Shown: in pieces, positions 9,457 through 19,474 of the stretch
How positions within the stretch are numbered: the stretch's first letter is position 1
How the letters are laid out: the number at the start of each line of letters is the position of its first letter
Virus genome (UHGV): UHGV-0205584
DNA: 36,382 nt
Reading direction: 5' to 3' (one strand)
Source of the DNA: a virus
The notes under the pieces: generated by a model
The model's database searches: none
What the model saw: the letters and a program-made list of their open reading frames with translations, nothing else
What the model was told of the DNA's origin: nothing
Program-made: the position numbers and the translations under genes

Positions 9457-9941
9457 TGGCTGAAACAAAATTGTATAAACCAGCGGCGGTAGATATGCCA
9501 ACAGCGGGCAAGAACTACCTTTTATATTTGAACGTTGGAACAGATGATAAGGCTGGCGCTAAATGGCTATTGTTAGGCGGTCAACGTAGTGGCGACCTTT
9601 CTCGTAAAGCTGATAGCATTGACGCGTCTCACAAAGGTTCTGGCGGTTGGAAATCTACTATCGCAGGCCTTAAGGAATGGTCTTTCTCTATCGAAACATT
9701 GCTCATGCCAAAAGAGGAATCTTTGAAACTGTTAGAAAAAGCATTCCTTGACGGCGATAATGTAATGATTAAATTCGAGTACCCAGATAAACGCTATTTC
9801 ACTGGTATCGCCAGCGTAACAGAATTATCTATCAACACGCCTCATGACGGCGTTGCGACTTATAAAGGGTCCTTGAATGGCGTCGGTCCATTATCCGAAT
9901 TACAAGACGCACCAGCAAGCAGCCCAGTAGTTGGCGGCTAA
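9456..9941 (+). CDS. Major tail tube protein (TP901-1-like)
   Basis: LGGQRS..LSRKADSIDASHK..GGWK..IAGLKEWS motif. Confidence 0.85.
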   Translation: MAETKLYKPAAVDMPTAGKNYLLYLNVGTDDKAGAKWLLLGGQRSGDLSRKADSIDASHKGSGGWKSTIAGLKEWSFSIETLLMPKEESLKLLEKAFLDGDNVMIKFEYPDKRYFTGIASVTELSINTPHDGVATYKGSLNGVGPLSELQDAPASSPVVGG

Positions 9942-9990
9942 TTTAACACGATAATCCTACTTTTAGCGCTAAACAATAGGAGATTTATTT

Positions 9991-10380
9991 ATGAAAACAG
10001 TTACATGTAATTTATTTATAGACGGCGATTATATTATGTTCAACATTCAGCGCCTCATGGAATTAGAGGCGGCAGTAGGTAAGCCTATTGGTGAACTTTT
10101 ACAAATGCCGACATGGCCTATTAATAGTATTGTTTCGGGTTACGCTATCGGCATGAAACACCATAAGCGGAACCCTCAGCAATACTTTGAATTGATTGAC
10201 GATTTACTTTCTAAGGAAGATAGCGATGTAAGCTTGTTGACACTGCAAGCGCCATTGATGAAAGCGATTGTTGCGAGCGGAGCATACGGCATGAAAATGT
10301 ATTATAAGATGTTCCCCGATGAACTTACAAAAGCCGATAAATTGGCAATTGAGGAAGAGGCCGAACAACTAAAAAACTAG
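9991..10380 (+). CDS. Tail assembly chaperone (lambda G-like)
   Basis: Between tail tube and tape measure genes; ends CTA AAA AAC TAG. Confidence 0.8.
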   Translation: MKTVTCNLFIDGDYIMFNIQRLMELEAAVGKPIGELLQMPTWPINSIVSGYAIGMKHHKRNPQQYFELIDDLLSKEDSDVSLLTLQAPLMKAIVASGAYGMKMYYKMFPDELTKADKLAIEEEAEQLKN

Positions 10381-10400
10381 ACGGGGGCCAACGCGCCCCC
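10371..10400 (+). promoter_or_regulatory. Programmed -1 frameshift signal
   Basis: A AAA AAC heptamer 10371-10377, 5-nt spacer, GGGGGC/GCCCCC stem 10383-10400; the -1 frame is open into ORF 10416..10706. Confidence 0.8.
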
Positions 10401-10706
10401 TCTTTTTCTTTATGGGTGAGAAATGCCGAAGAAATTGCGTATAGTGTGCTGGAGTTAAAACCTTGGGAATTAATGCGCTTACAGCCTATTGAGTATAGAA
10501 AACTCGTACAGGGTTATGAGCGACGTTGCAAAATCCAAGACCAGAATAGAGCGTTCTGGGTAACAAACATCATGAACACGCAATTATCAAAAGCGATTGA
10601 GCCGAAGAAATTTATAGATATTTTATATCCGCCTACAGACGCACAAAAGCGCCAAGATGAGGCGGATTTTATTCGTGAATTTAGAGAGGCAGGGGGTGAA
10701 ATATAG
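10377..10706 (+). CDS. Tail assembly chaperone frameshift extension (GT-like)
   Basis: -1 frame LDGGQRAPSFSLWVRNAEEIAY...LKPWELMRL; no good SD of its own. Confidence 0.75.
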   Translation, partial: LDGGQRAPSFSLWVRNAEEIAYSVLELKPWELMRLQPIEYRKLVQGYERRCKIQDQNRAFWVTNIMNTQLSKAIEPKKFIDILYPPTDAQKRQDEADFIREFREAGGEI

Positions 10707-10709
10707 ACA

Positions 10710-13700
10710 ATGGCAGATAGTAATATCAACGTGCGAATCAGCGCGGACAGTACAGAGGCACAGGCGGCCATAAGCAAGGTTGCCAATAAGCTAAGTACTG
10801 ACATACCGAAAGGCGTATCAGAGGCAGGTAGCAAGGTAGCCAAAGAGGCAGCTGGCATTCGTGATGAAATTAAGTCCATAATGGGCCAAGTCAATAAGGG
10901 CTTGCAATTTGCTGGCGCTGTTACTGGTATAGGGATAGCCGCGACAGCCGTCAAGGACGTGGCAACGGCAGCAGCACAGACCGCCGACCAATTAACCAGC
11001 GTACGCTCACGGATTAACCTTATTAATGACGGCACACAGACCACGGCCGAAATTATGGATAAGGTATATGACGCAGCGCAGCGTTCCCGTGGTAGCTATG
11101 TAGATATGGCGGACAGCGTTGCCAAGTTGAATATGTTGGCAAAAGACGCATTCAGCTCGAATGATGAGGCGATTATGTTCGTCGAGCAGTTGAATAAGCA
11201 ATTCAAAATCTCGGGCGCTAGTATTGAGGAATCAAGCGCGGCGATGTACCAATTGACGCAAGCAATGGCGGCGGGGAAATTGCAGGGCGATGAATTCCAT
11301 TCCATTATGGAAAACGCGCCAATGCTCGCCCAATCTATTGCGCAAGAAATGGGCCTTACTGTAGGTCAATTAAAAGATATGTCATCACAAGGCCTCATCA
11401 CGGCCGACATCATCAAAGAGGCCCTATTCAATAGCGCGGAAGAAACAAACGCGAAATTTGCAGAAATTCCGATGACGTTCGCCGAAGTCGGTCAATCTAT
11501 TCAGAATGAAATGTTGTTAGCTTTTCAGCCTGTACTTGAACAGCTTTCAGCCATTCCACAAAATGGCGATTTTCAAGCATTCGTTCAAGGTGTTGGCGTT
11601 GCAATCCGTGCTATGGCAGTTACGGCCTCGGCCTCAATCAGTATTATTGGCGCTGCATTTAATGGTTTAAAAGCAATTATTACAGTCATAAGCCAAACGA
11701 TACGCAACTTTACAAGCTTGTTTATCACTACCATGCCAAGGGTTAGCGCAGCCGTATTGGCCGTTGTAGTGGCGTTTACTACTTATAGGGCGGCTATGGC
11801 CTTATGTGGCACTCAGACGGCAGCGTTGACAGTTAAAACAGTAGCATTGAGAACGGCACAATTAGCCTCGGCAGTAGCGACTAGAGCATACGGCGTGGCA
11901 ATGACGGCTGTCAGAGTGGCGATTCAAGGCACTATATTGACAGTCGGAGCGCTAACAATGGGAACAGCTGCATTGAAGTCCTTATTCTTAGCGTTGCGCA
12001 GTAGCACACTAGCGGCAGCTACGGCGCAGCGGGTGCTTAATTTAGTGATGAGAGCCAACCCAATCGGAATATTAATATCCGTAATTATGACGCTCGTAAC
12101 TGTATTTGCAACAGCAGCGGCGGCCTCTAATGGGTTCGGCAATACATTGGCCTCGGTATTCTCTACAATCGTTCATACGGCAGTTTGGGGCGTGAATAAG
12201 ATTATAGAGGCCCTTAACTGGTTAATTAACAAACTCAATAGCGTAGGCGATAAGGTTGCTAAATTCTTTGGTACTACATTTACGGCTATACAACAGGTTG
12301 ATACTATCAGCGCCGACACAGCACAGGAAATCGTAAACGGCGGCGTAAATATGGCGTCGCAAATCACACAGGGCCTATCTGGTGGCGGCGGTGATTTAGA
12401 CGTTGGCGGTGGCGGCGGTGGTGCTGATTATGACGCTGGCGGCGGAAGTGGTGGCGGAAGTGGCGGCAGCGGTGGCGGCGGTGGTTCTAGTAAACAAGAC
12501 GAACTCGTCAAAGAGGCCAAACAAACGCATGAGAAGATACTGCAATCCTATCTTGAAATGTTAGGAAACAAGCAAGAACTTGTACAGTTAGAATACAAGC
12601 AAGAACTTGACGAACTCAACAAATCGAAAGCCGCAAATGTCAATTATAATGAGGATTTAGCCAACCTAGAGGCAGTATACTCAGACAAACGCATTAAGGC
12701 TAAACAGGAAGAGGCTCAAAAGCTACTAGAAATTGAGCAAACTGTACGCGATTATGTCAAAGATTTCAATTTCAATCTAGTTAGTAAGGATTCAACTGGC
12801 AGCGCGTCCCCTATGGAGCAACTCAAAAAGGACTATACCGACGCAATAGATGAAATCACTGACAAATACGCTAAAATGAACGATGATTTCGTGAAAATGG
12901 ATAAAATGCAGCAACAGCATTACATTGACACGTTAAAAGAAAAGGGCGTTATATTCAAGGACAATGATGACGGCACTATTTCGTTTGAGGAAATGAAAAA
13001 TGCTGAGTTATTGGCGAAACAAAAGGAATACAACGATAAAGCCTTACAATATCATCGTGAATTACAGGAAGAGAAATGGGCTATTGACGAGGCTATGCGG
13101 ACGCAGAATTTCGAGGCGTTACAGCAAGCACTTGATGATGAATATGTAGCTACGCAACAAAGCTATGACCTCAAGAAAGAATTGCTTACAGAATATCAAG
13201 ACGCAGTAATGAACAGCCATTTCAACAGCCAACAATTGATATGGGATACTGCAAGCGCTGGTATTGATAAGTTACAAGATGGGATTTCTGGCCTATTGCA
13301 AGGCACTATGACGATTACACAAGCTTTTCAAAATATGGGTAAAGCCATATTGAAAACAATTGCCGATAGTTTGGCTCAATGGATAGCGGCACAGGTTAAG
13401 CAGGCTGTTCTTGGCAAAATGCTACAATCGCAGCAAACAGCGGCGAGCGTGGCAGCAGCACAGGCTCAACTCCCTGCATGGTCCCAATTAGCGCAACAGG
13501 TCAGCATGGCAACATTTGGCGCTAGTGCGGCGGCTGGGTTAGCTGCTTGGAGCAGTAGCACGGCGGCAGGCATAGCACAGTCTACGGCATTGAGTAACGT
13601 CGGCAATTTAGGCGGCTCACTCAAAGGCGGTAACTTTGGCGCCATGTTTAGCAATAAGAGCATGCCAAAATTGGCCGAGGGTGGTCTTACCTATGGCGCT

Positions 13701-13952
13701 ACCCTTGCACAAATTGGTGAGGGTAAATATGAAGAGGCTGTATTGCCTTTATCCGATACAGTATTCGACCGATTAGGCGACGGAATCAACCGCGCGAATG
13801 GTGGAGCAGGCACTGGCGGCGCTACTATCAACATTAATGCGATTGACGCTGAAAGCTTTGGCGGTTTCCTCGAAAGTCGAGGCGGTAGAGCCTTACGTCA
13901 ATTCCTTGTAAATCAAGATAGGGAATTCATAGCAACAGCGGGGACGTGGTAA
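10710..13952 (+). CDS. Tape measure protein
   Basis: 1080 aa; QLTQAMAAGKLQGDEF tape-measure domain, hydrophobic middle, LAEGG..IGEG.YEEAVLPL C-terminus. Confidence 0.92.
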   Translation: MADSNINVRISADSTEAQAAISKVANKLSTDIPKGVSEAGSKVAKEAAGIRDEIKSIMGQVNKGLQFAGAVTGIGIAATAVKDVATAAAQTADQLTSVRSRINLINDGTQTTAEIMDKVYDAAQRSRGSYVDMADSVAKLNMLAKDAFSSNDEAIMFVEQLNKQFKISGASIEESSAAMYQLTQAMAAGKLQGDEFHSIMENAPMLAQSIAQEMGLTVGQLKDMSSQGLITADIIKEALFNSAEETNAKFAEIPMTFAEVGQSIQNEMLLAFQPVLEQLSAIPQNGDFQAFVQGVGVAIRAMAVTASASISIIGAAFNGLKAIITVISQTIRNFTSLFITTMPRVSAAVLAVVVAFTTYRAAMALCGTQTAALTVKTVALRTAQLASAVATRAYGVAMTAVRVAIQGTILTVGALTMGTAALKSLFLALRSSTLAAATAQRVLNLVMRANPIGILISVIMTLVTVFATAAAASNGFGNTLASVFSTIVHTAVWGVNKIIEALNWLINKLNSVGDKVAKFFGTTFTAIQQVDTISADTAQEIVNGGVNMASQITQGLSGGGGDLDVGGGGGGADYDAGGGSGGGSGGSGGGGGSSKQDELVKEAKQTHEKILQSYLEMLGNKQELVQLEYKQELDELNKSKAANVNYNEDLANLEAVYSDKRIKAKQEEAQKLLEIEQTVRDYVKDFNFNLVSKDSTGSASPMEQLKKDYTDAIDEITDKYAKMNDDFVKMDKMQQQHYIDTLKEKGVIFKDNDDGTISFEEMKNAELLAKQKEYNDKALQYHRELQEEKWAIDEAMRTQNFEALQQALDDEYVATQQSYDLKKELLTEYQDAVMNSHFNSQQLIWDTASAGIDKLQDGISGLLQGTMTITQAFQNMGKAILKTIADSLAQWIAAQVKQAVLGKMLQSQQTAASVAAAQAQLPAWSQLAQQVSMATFGASAAAGLAAWSSSTAAGIAQSTALSNVGNLGGSLKGGNFGAMFSNKSMPKLAEGGLTYGATLAQIGEGKYEEAVLPLSDTVFDRLGDGINRANGGAGTGGATININAIDAESFGGFLESRGGRALRQFLVNQDREFIATAGTW

Positions 13953-13953
13953 C

Positions 13954-14520
13954 ATGGCAGACTTATTGAAATTCCCTAAGATTATTTCATTGGGGTGGAA
14001 ATCTCAAAAGATTCAAAAATGGGACACTAAAATCAAGACAACTGGCTCGGGCAAGGTGCGGACCATGACAACGTGGAAATATCCGCAATATACGATTTCA
14101 ACAGATTTCGAGGTGCTTAAGCCAGCGGAATATAAGGAACTCATGGGGTTCTATTCCAAAACAAAAGGCGGTACAATTCCTTTCTTATGGTTAGACCCTG
14201 AGGATAATCAAGAAAAAGGCATACAACTCGGCACAGGTGCAGCAGGTTCTTGGCAAGCCGTGAGAAAATTCGGCGACTTCCTCGAGCCTGTTTATCATGT
14301 TGAGGATTTGAAACTATACGCCAATGGTACGCCAATTCGTGCAGTTAGTGATAAAGGCCTCATCAAATTGGCGCAAGGCCAAACAGTGGCACCGAATGCA
14401 GTTATAACCGCCGATTATACCTACTATTGGTTAGTGCGGTTTAGCGGCGATATGACAGCCGAGTATATCTTTACCAATATTTATAAATCGAAAACATTCA
14501 AATTAGTTACAACTCGATAG
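13954..14520 (+). CDS. Distal tail protein (DUF2460-like)
   Basis: SGKVR...W.YP, GF....GG..PFLWLDPED, ITADY.YYWLVRF motifs; follows tape measure gene. Confidence 0.75.
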   Translation: MADLLKFPKIISLGWKSQKIQKWDTKIKTTGSGKVRTMTTWKYPQYTISTDFEVLKPAEYKELMGFYSKTKGGTIPFLWLDPEDNQEKGIQLGTGAAGSWQAVRKFGDFLEPVYHVEDLKLYANGTPIRAVSDKGLIKLAQGQTVAPNAVITADYTYYWLVRFSGDMTAEYIFTNIYKSKTFKLVTTR

Positions 14521-14529
14521 GGGGCAATC

Positions 14530-15384
14530 ATGAAAGCAGTAAATGAGGCGCTAAGGCAGCACCTAAACAATGATAAGTATTTCGTAAGTTGCGACCTCTA
14601 CGAGTTGCGCTTACGCAGTGGCGTTTCTTATTATTGGGCCGATTCAGACGCGGACGTTTCCTATAACGGGCAAGTCTATAAGAGTAATGGCCCTATTATC
14701 GTAAGGGATAAGATAACAACTAATAGTACTGTAAGCGTAGATAAGATGACTGTTAGCATTTCGACAAATAAACAAGATACAATCGGCGGCGTCCCTATTA
14801 TGGCGGTGGCTCATAATGGTGGCTTTGACGGCGCTGAGATGACACTACGCCGAGCGTTCTTTGACGATAGCTATAAAATCATCGGTGTGGTTGGCTTATT
14901 TACTGGCTTATGTGAGGTAACGCAAGGCGGCGGCCTCACATTAAAGCTAAATGTAAAATCAATCGTGCAAAAGCTAAATATCGAATATCCTAACCGCCGA
15001 TATTATCCGCAATGCCCTTTCAGTGTGTACTCTAAAGAGTGCGGCGTTGATATTAAGCGATTTCGTAAGAGTGGCAAGGTTACAGGCCTCGGCAGCGGTG
15101 CCAATTCCATAAGAATAGATATTCCATTCGAGAATGGCTATTACACGGCTGGCGGTATAGATTGGCTCACTGGCCCAATGGCGGGGCAATCTACACAGAT
15201 ATTACAAAGCAATGACGGCGTAATTCTGTACATGAGCGCCCTTGAAGTAAGCCCAAGAGTTGGTGACCAATTCTATATATATGCTGGCTGCAATAAGACG
15301 CCTACAGAGTGCAAGAATAAATTCAATAATTGGGATAGAAATAGGGCGACGCCTTACGTTCCGTTAAAGGAGAGCATACGATGA
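14530..15384 (+). CDS. Baseplate hub/tail-tip protein (DUF2163/BR0599-like)
   Basis: GGFDGAE, QCPF..YS.ECG, AGCNK...ECKNKFNN...PYVP motifs. Confidence 0.8.
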   Translation: MKAVNEALRQHLNNDKYFVSCDLYELRLRSGVSYYWADSDADVSYNGQVYKSNGPIIVRDKITTNSTVSVDKMTVSISTNKQDTIGGVPIMAVAHNGGFDGAEMTLRRAFFDDSYKIIGVVGLFTGLCEVTQGGGLTLKLNVKSIVQKLNIEYPNRRYYPQCPFSVYSKECGVDIKRFRKSGKVTGLGSGANSIRIDIPFENGYYTAGGIDWLTGPMAGQSTQILQSNDGVILYMSALEVSPRVGDQFYIYAGCNKTPTECKNKFNNWDRNRATPYVPLKESIR

Positions 15385-15854
15385 CAGACATTAATGAATT
15401 AACCACAGGCGAGAAAATCGCCAATGCAGCTGTTAAATGGTTAGGCACACCATACGCCAATAATTCAATGGTTAAAGGTGTAGGCGTTGACTGTTCCTAT
15501 TTATTGGTTGCTGCTGCTATCGATAGCGGCGTAATGTCCCCCGATAGAATACACATAGAAAAATACTCAAACGAATGGCATTTACACCATTCTGAGGAGA
15601 AATATCTAAAGTATATACAACAGGCAGCCGATGAGGTAAAAGAGGGCGCACCGCTCGAAATAGGCGACTTCCTACTATATCAATATGGCCGTTGCGTTTC
15701 TCACGGCGCCATCTATATAGGGAAAGGCCTTGTAATTCATGCGTTCGTTGGCTATGGCGTAATTATCTCGAAACTTGATGATGTACTATTTTTCGACAAA
15801 AAAGGCCGCTCACGATTGCGGGCAGTATATCGATACAGAGAGGAGCGTAAATAA
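15381..15854 (+). CDS. NlpC/P60 tail-associated peptidase
   Basis: WLGTPY, GVDCS, HGAIY, IHA catalytic motifs. Confidence 0.85.
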   Translation: MTDINELTTGEKIANAAVKWLGTPYANNSMVKGVGVDCSYLLVAAAIDSGVMSPDRIHIEKYSNEWHLHHSEEKYLKYIQQAADEVKEGAPLEIGDFLLYQYGRCVSHGAIYIGKGLVIHAFVGYGVIISKLDDVLFFDKKGRSRLRAVYRYREERK

Positions 15855-18800
15855 TGGGCTTTCTATTCCACAGAGGCAAGAACACAACCAGCCGCGCCGA
15901 TATGATAGCCGATTTTCAAATCAATACGGCCTCTTATGGTGAGGTGGTTCCCGAAATATTGGGGACTACTCGGGTCAGTGGTAACATCATCGACTATGAG
16001 GATTTCACAGCGCATGAACACAGCAGCACCACTAGAACAGGTAAGGGCGGCGGCGGTTCATCGCATACTGAAATTACTTACACATATACAGTAGCTGCAG
16101 CCATTGCATTGTGTGAGGGTCCTATCGCTGGCGTTGGTAAGGTGTGGCGGGATAAGGAAATATATACTTATCCTAGTGAAAAAATCGAACTCACCTTATT
16201 CAATGGCGAGCAAGGTCAAGCGCCTTGGCCTTACATGGTATCTAAGCACCCAGACAAAGCACTACCATATAGCGGATTGGCTTATATGGCTGGCGTGGTT
16301 GATTTGGGTGAGCGTGGCAGCTTACCACAATACAACTTTGAAATTATGGGTAAACTCAGAGACACAGGCGACGGAATCGACGTAAACCCAGCGGACTATA
16401 TCGAGCATGTACTGCAATCCGTTGGCGCAGATGTGCAAATTGAGGGAATCGAGAACTATCGGGCCTATTGTAGGGCTGCTGATATATTAATCAGCACACC
16501 ACCCGACCAAAAGAGCGCCAAGGCTCAAAGTATTATCAATGATATAGCGGAGATTACGAACAGCCTTGTATTCTGGAGTACTGACCGCCTTAAAATCGTA
16601 CCTCTAGCCGATAAACCTGTAGGCGATTGGACGCCAGAAAATCAAATTCAATATGACCTCACGGCCGATGATTTTATCGCAGGCACAGACGGGCAGCTTA
16701 TTCTGTACAAACGCAAGGATACAAGCGAGGCTTACAACGAAGCAACAGTCGAGTTTATTAATCGTGCAAATAGTTACGAGAAAGAAACAGTATCTTTTGA
16801 AGTAGTGGCGGACGTGCAAAAGAATGGCCTTAAACCAGCCTCAAAGAAAACAGCTCACTACCTTTATACAAAGGCTAGAGCGCAGTACTATGCGGAACAA
16901 TTAGCCATGAAACGGCTGTATTCTAAAACACAGTACACTTTTAGGCTAGATTGGGCCTTTTGTACGCTCGAAGTCGGCGACCTTGTAACGCTAACCGATG
17001 AGGCTTGTCAATTAAACAAGCAAATCGTAGTTATAACAGCAGTCAATGAGGCAGCCGACGGGCAACTTGAATTCACGGCCGAGGGCAAGCCAGCTGGTAC
17101 TTACGCACCAGCACGATATGACGTGCATGAAAATGAGCGGCCTTTTGTGGATTACAATCAAGAGGCGCCTAGCGTTAATGATGTGGCAATATTCCAAACA
17201 GTTGGCGACGTTGGCGGCAATCAAGTATTTATCGGTGTAAACGCGCCGAGCGGTTGGGGCGGCTGTTCCGTGTGGCTATCTGATAATGACGAGAACTATG
17301 CAAGAGTTGGTTCTATCACGCAGCAGGCACGCATGGGGCGAACGCTTACCGCATTGTCTAATACAGGCGACAGCGTAAGCGTCAAACTCAATCAAGGCAG
17401 CATGAAAGGCGGTACACACATCGACGCAGAACGTGCGAATACCCTATCATGGATTGACGGCGAGGCGTTGAGTTATGAGGGCGCGCAGTTGCAGACAGAC
17501 GGCAGCTATAAACTAACTGGATTAGTGCGCGGCCAATATGCAACTATACCAACAGACCACGCAAGCGGTGCGCGGTTCATTCGGATTGATGAGGCGCTAT
17601 ATCGCCATTCTTATAGAAAGGAAGATATAGGGAAAACAGTATATTTGAAGTTTACCTCTATGAACCTGTTCGGCACGAATGAACAAGGCCTTGATGAGGT
17701 GCAAGCCTATCCATATAAGATAGTGCCTTACTATATTCCAGAGGTTAGCAATTTAGCTCTATATACTAAATACTACGAAATCGGAAACGGCGTATTATCC
17801 TTTGACGTGGTGGCTCAATTTGATGTGCCTCGTATCAATAGCCTCGATACAGTCGAATTGTGGTATAGAGAGCAAGGCAGCACATGGAAATATGGCGGCG
17901 CTGGTGAGGGCCTTATTACTGTTAGCGGGTGCGAACTCGGCCATACCTATGATGTGAAAATCCAAGTAAAAGACACGCATGGCAATACATCACAGGGCTT
18001 AACTAAAAGTATTACAGTTGAAATGAAAAGCGAAGTACCGAATGCACCGCAGGGCTTTTCTGTTTCATTCGGAGATATGGCACATTTCAATTGGCTTGAA
18101 GTTAGAAATGCCGATGTAGATTATTATGAAATCAGATTAGACCTCAACGCAGGGCAAAATGACGGACTAATTGGCCGAAGTAATAACACCACATTCAGCA
18201 CCCTATTAACGGAACGTACCTCAAAAGTGTATTGTATCGCTCATAATCCTGCTAAAGGATACGGCGCACCAGCCGAATTGACGTACAATATACCTATTCC
18301 AAAGCAACCGACCAAAGTCAAAGCAACGGCCAATATCAGCGGTATAGGTGTTACGTTTGAGCCGATTCCAGTCAATTGCAAGGGTGCGAACGTATATATT
18401 GATGACAATGTGTATTACATCACTACGAACATTATCAATGTACCGCTCGAGGCTGGCGTATATGCTGTACAAGTTGCCTATGTTGACATGTTCGGAGAGG
18501 GACCACGCAGCAGCGCGGAGAATGTAGCGGTAAAAGCTAAAATCGATAAAACCCTACTCGACATGGAAAGTCTAGGCCTAGAGGGAATAGACAAAGCGGT
18601 AAATGACTTAAAAGGCGAAGTTGCCACAGTCAAGACCGACGTCAATGGTATGGACAGCAAGATAGTTGACCTTGGCAAGGCATACCAGCGCACTTTGAGC
18701 GATTATCAGAATAACGTAAACTCACAAATCACGCAGATTTCAAGCGATATTGATTTGAAAGTAACGCAAGCCATTAACAATATTGACGGCGCGGAACTGG

Positions 18801-19081
18801 TGAGCCGTATCAATCTAAGCCCAGCAGGTACGCGAATAGATGGCAAATTATTGCATGTTACTGGTGAGGCCTTATTCGATAACAATATCATCGCTAAAGG
18901 AATGATACAGGCTGGGGCTGTTACGGCTGATAAAATGCAGGTAGATAGCCTTTCGACTATTACTGGAACAATTGGCCTATTACGGACTAAGACGAGTGGC
19001 GCAAGGGTTGAAATTAGCGATAATCTAATTCAAGTGTTCGATGAGAATAATCGGGTACGGGTTAAATTAGGGGTGTTCTAA
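15854..19081 (+). CDS. Central tail-tip/host specificity protein (GTA megatron / lambda J-like)
   Basis: 1075 aa; YGEVVP..LGT.RV.GN, LCEGPI, YSGLAY, NPA, LVRGQY motifs, FN3-like segments, C-terminal coiled coil and RVKLG end. Confidence 0.85.
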   Translation: MGFLFHRGKNTTSRADMIADFQINTASYGEVVPEILGTTRVSGNIIDYEDFTAHEHSSTTRTGKGGGGSSHTEITYTYTVAAAIALCEGPIAGVGKVWRDKEIYTYPSEKIELTLFNGEQGQAPWPYMVSKHPDKALPYSGLAYMAGVVDLGERGSLPQYNFEIMGKLRDTGDGIDVNPADYIEHVLQSVGADVQIEGIENYRAYCRAADILISTPPDQKSAKAQSIINDIAEITNSLVFWSTDRLKIVPLADKPVGDWTPENQIQYDLTADDFIAGTDGQLILYKRKDTSEAYNEATVEFINRANSYEKETVSFEVVADVQKNGLKPASKKTAHYLYTKARAQYYAEQLAMKRLYSKTQYTFRLDWAFCTLEVGDLVTLTDEACQLNKQIVVITAVNEAADGQLEFTAEGKPAGTYAPARYDVHENERPFVDYNQEAPSVNDVAIFQTVGDVGGNQVFIGVNAPSGWGGCSVWLSDNDENYARVGSITQQARMGRTLTALSNTGDSVSVKLNQGSMKGGTHIDAERANTLSWIDGEALSYEGAQLQTDGSYKLTGLVRGQYATIPTDHASGARFIRIDEALYRHSYRKEDIGKTVYLKFTSMNLFGTNEQGLDEVQAYPYKIVPYYIPEVSNLALYTKYYEIGNGVLSFDVVAQFDVPRINSLDTVELWYREQGSTWKYGGAGEGLITVSGCELGHTYDVKIQVKDTHGNTSQGLTKSITVEMKSEVPNAPQGFSVSFGDMAHFNWLEVRNADVDYYEIRLDLNAGQNDGLIGRSNNTTFSTLLTERTSKVYCIAHNPAKGYGAPAELTYNIPIPKQPTKVKATANISGIGVTFEPIPVNCKGANVYIDDNVYYITTNIINVPLEAGVYAVQVAYVDMFGEGPRSSAENVAVKAKIDKTLLDMESLGLEGIDKAVNDLKGEVATVKTDVNGMDSKIVDLGKAYQRTLSDYQNNVNSQITQISSDIDLKVTQAINNIDGAELVSRINLSPAGTRIDGKLLHVTGEALFDNNIIAKGMIQAGAVTADKMQVDSLSTITGTIGLLRTKTSGARVEISDNLIQVFDENNRVRVKLGVF

Positions 19082-19158
19082 TGATATTTATATTAATTTC
19101 GATAATACTGTTAATACTTGGGGTTGTATGTGCTATTAAATTAAGGAGACGTCATAAA

Positions 19159-19473
19159 ATGCCACAGGGAATAGAAATATACAACGAAAACGGCGAAAAA
19201 ATACTATCCACAGAAAATAGATTGACGCGTTCATTAATGTGCGTACCATGTACATCGTGGACTGGGTCGGCAAAAGTGATAGGTAGACAAAAGAATACAA
19301 CTATATATGTTATTCCTTTTGTATCCGTTTCTTATAAAGGCAATTTTCCGACAACGAAATTTATCAAGACTTGGATTAATCAAGATACAGTGTACTGGGA
19401 ATATACACGGATTAATAACCATTTCTTTGATAATGATACGTTGGCTATTGTGTTGTTCATAGGAGAATACTGA
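19159..19473 (+). CDS. Tail-tip accessory protein (possible N-terminal hydrophobic extension from 19081)
   Basis: MPQGIEIYNENG start after AAGGAG; typical of genes following J-like proteins. Confidence 0.65.
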   Translation: MPQGIEIYNENGEKILSTENRLTRSLMCVPCTSWTGSAKVIGRQKNTTIYVIPFVSVSYKGNFPTTKFIKTWINQDTVYWEYTRINNHFFDNDTLAIVLFIGEY

Positions 19474-19474
19474 T

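Noticed and set aside
12380..12490. GGCGGC-rich low-complexity tract
   Set aside because: Encodes an ordinary Gly-rich linker in the tape measure protein
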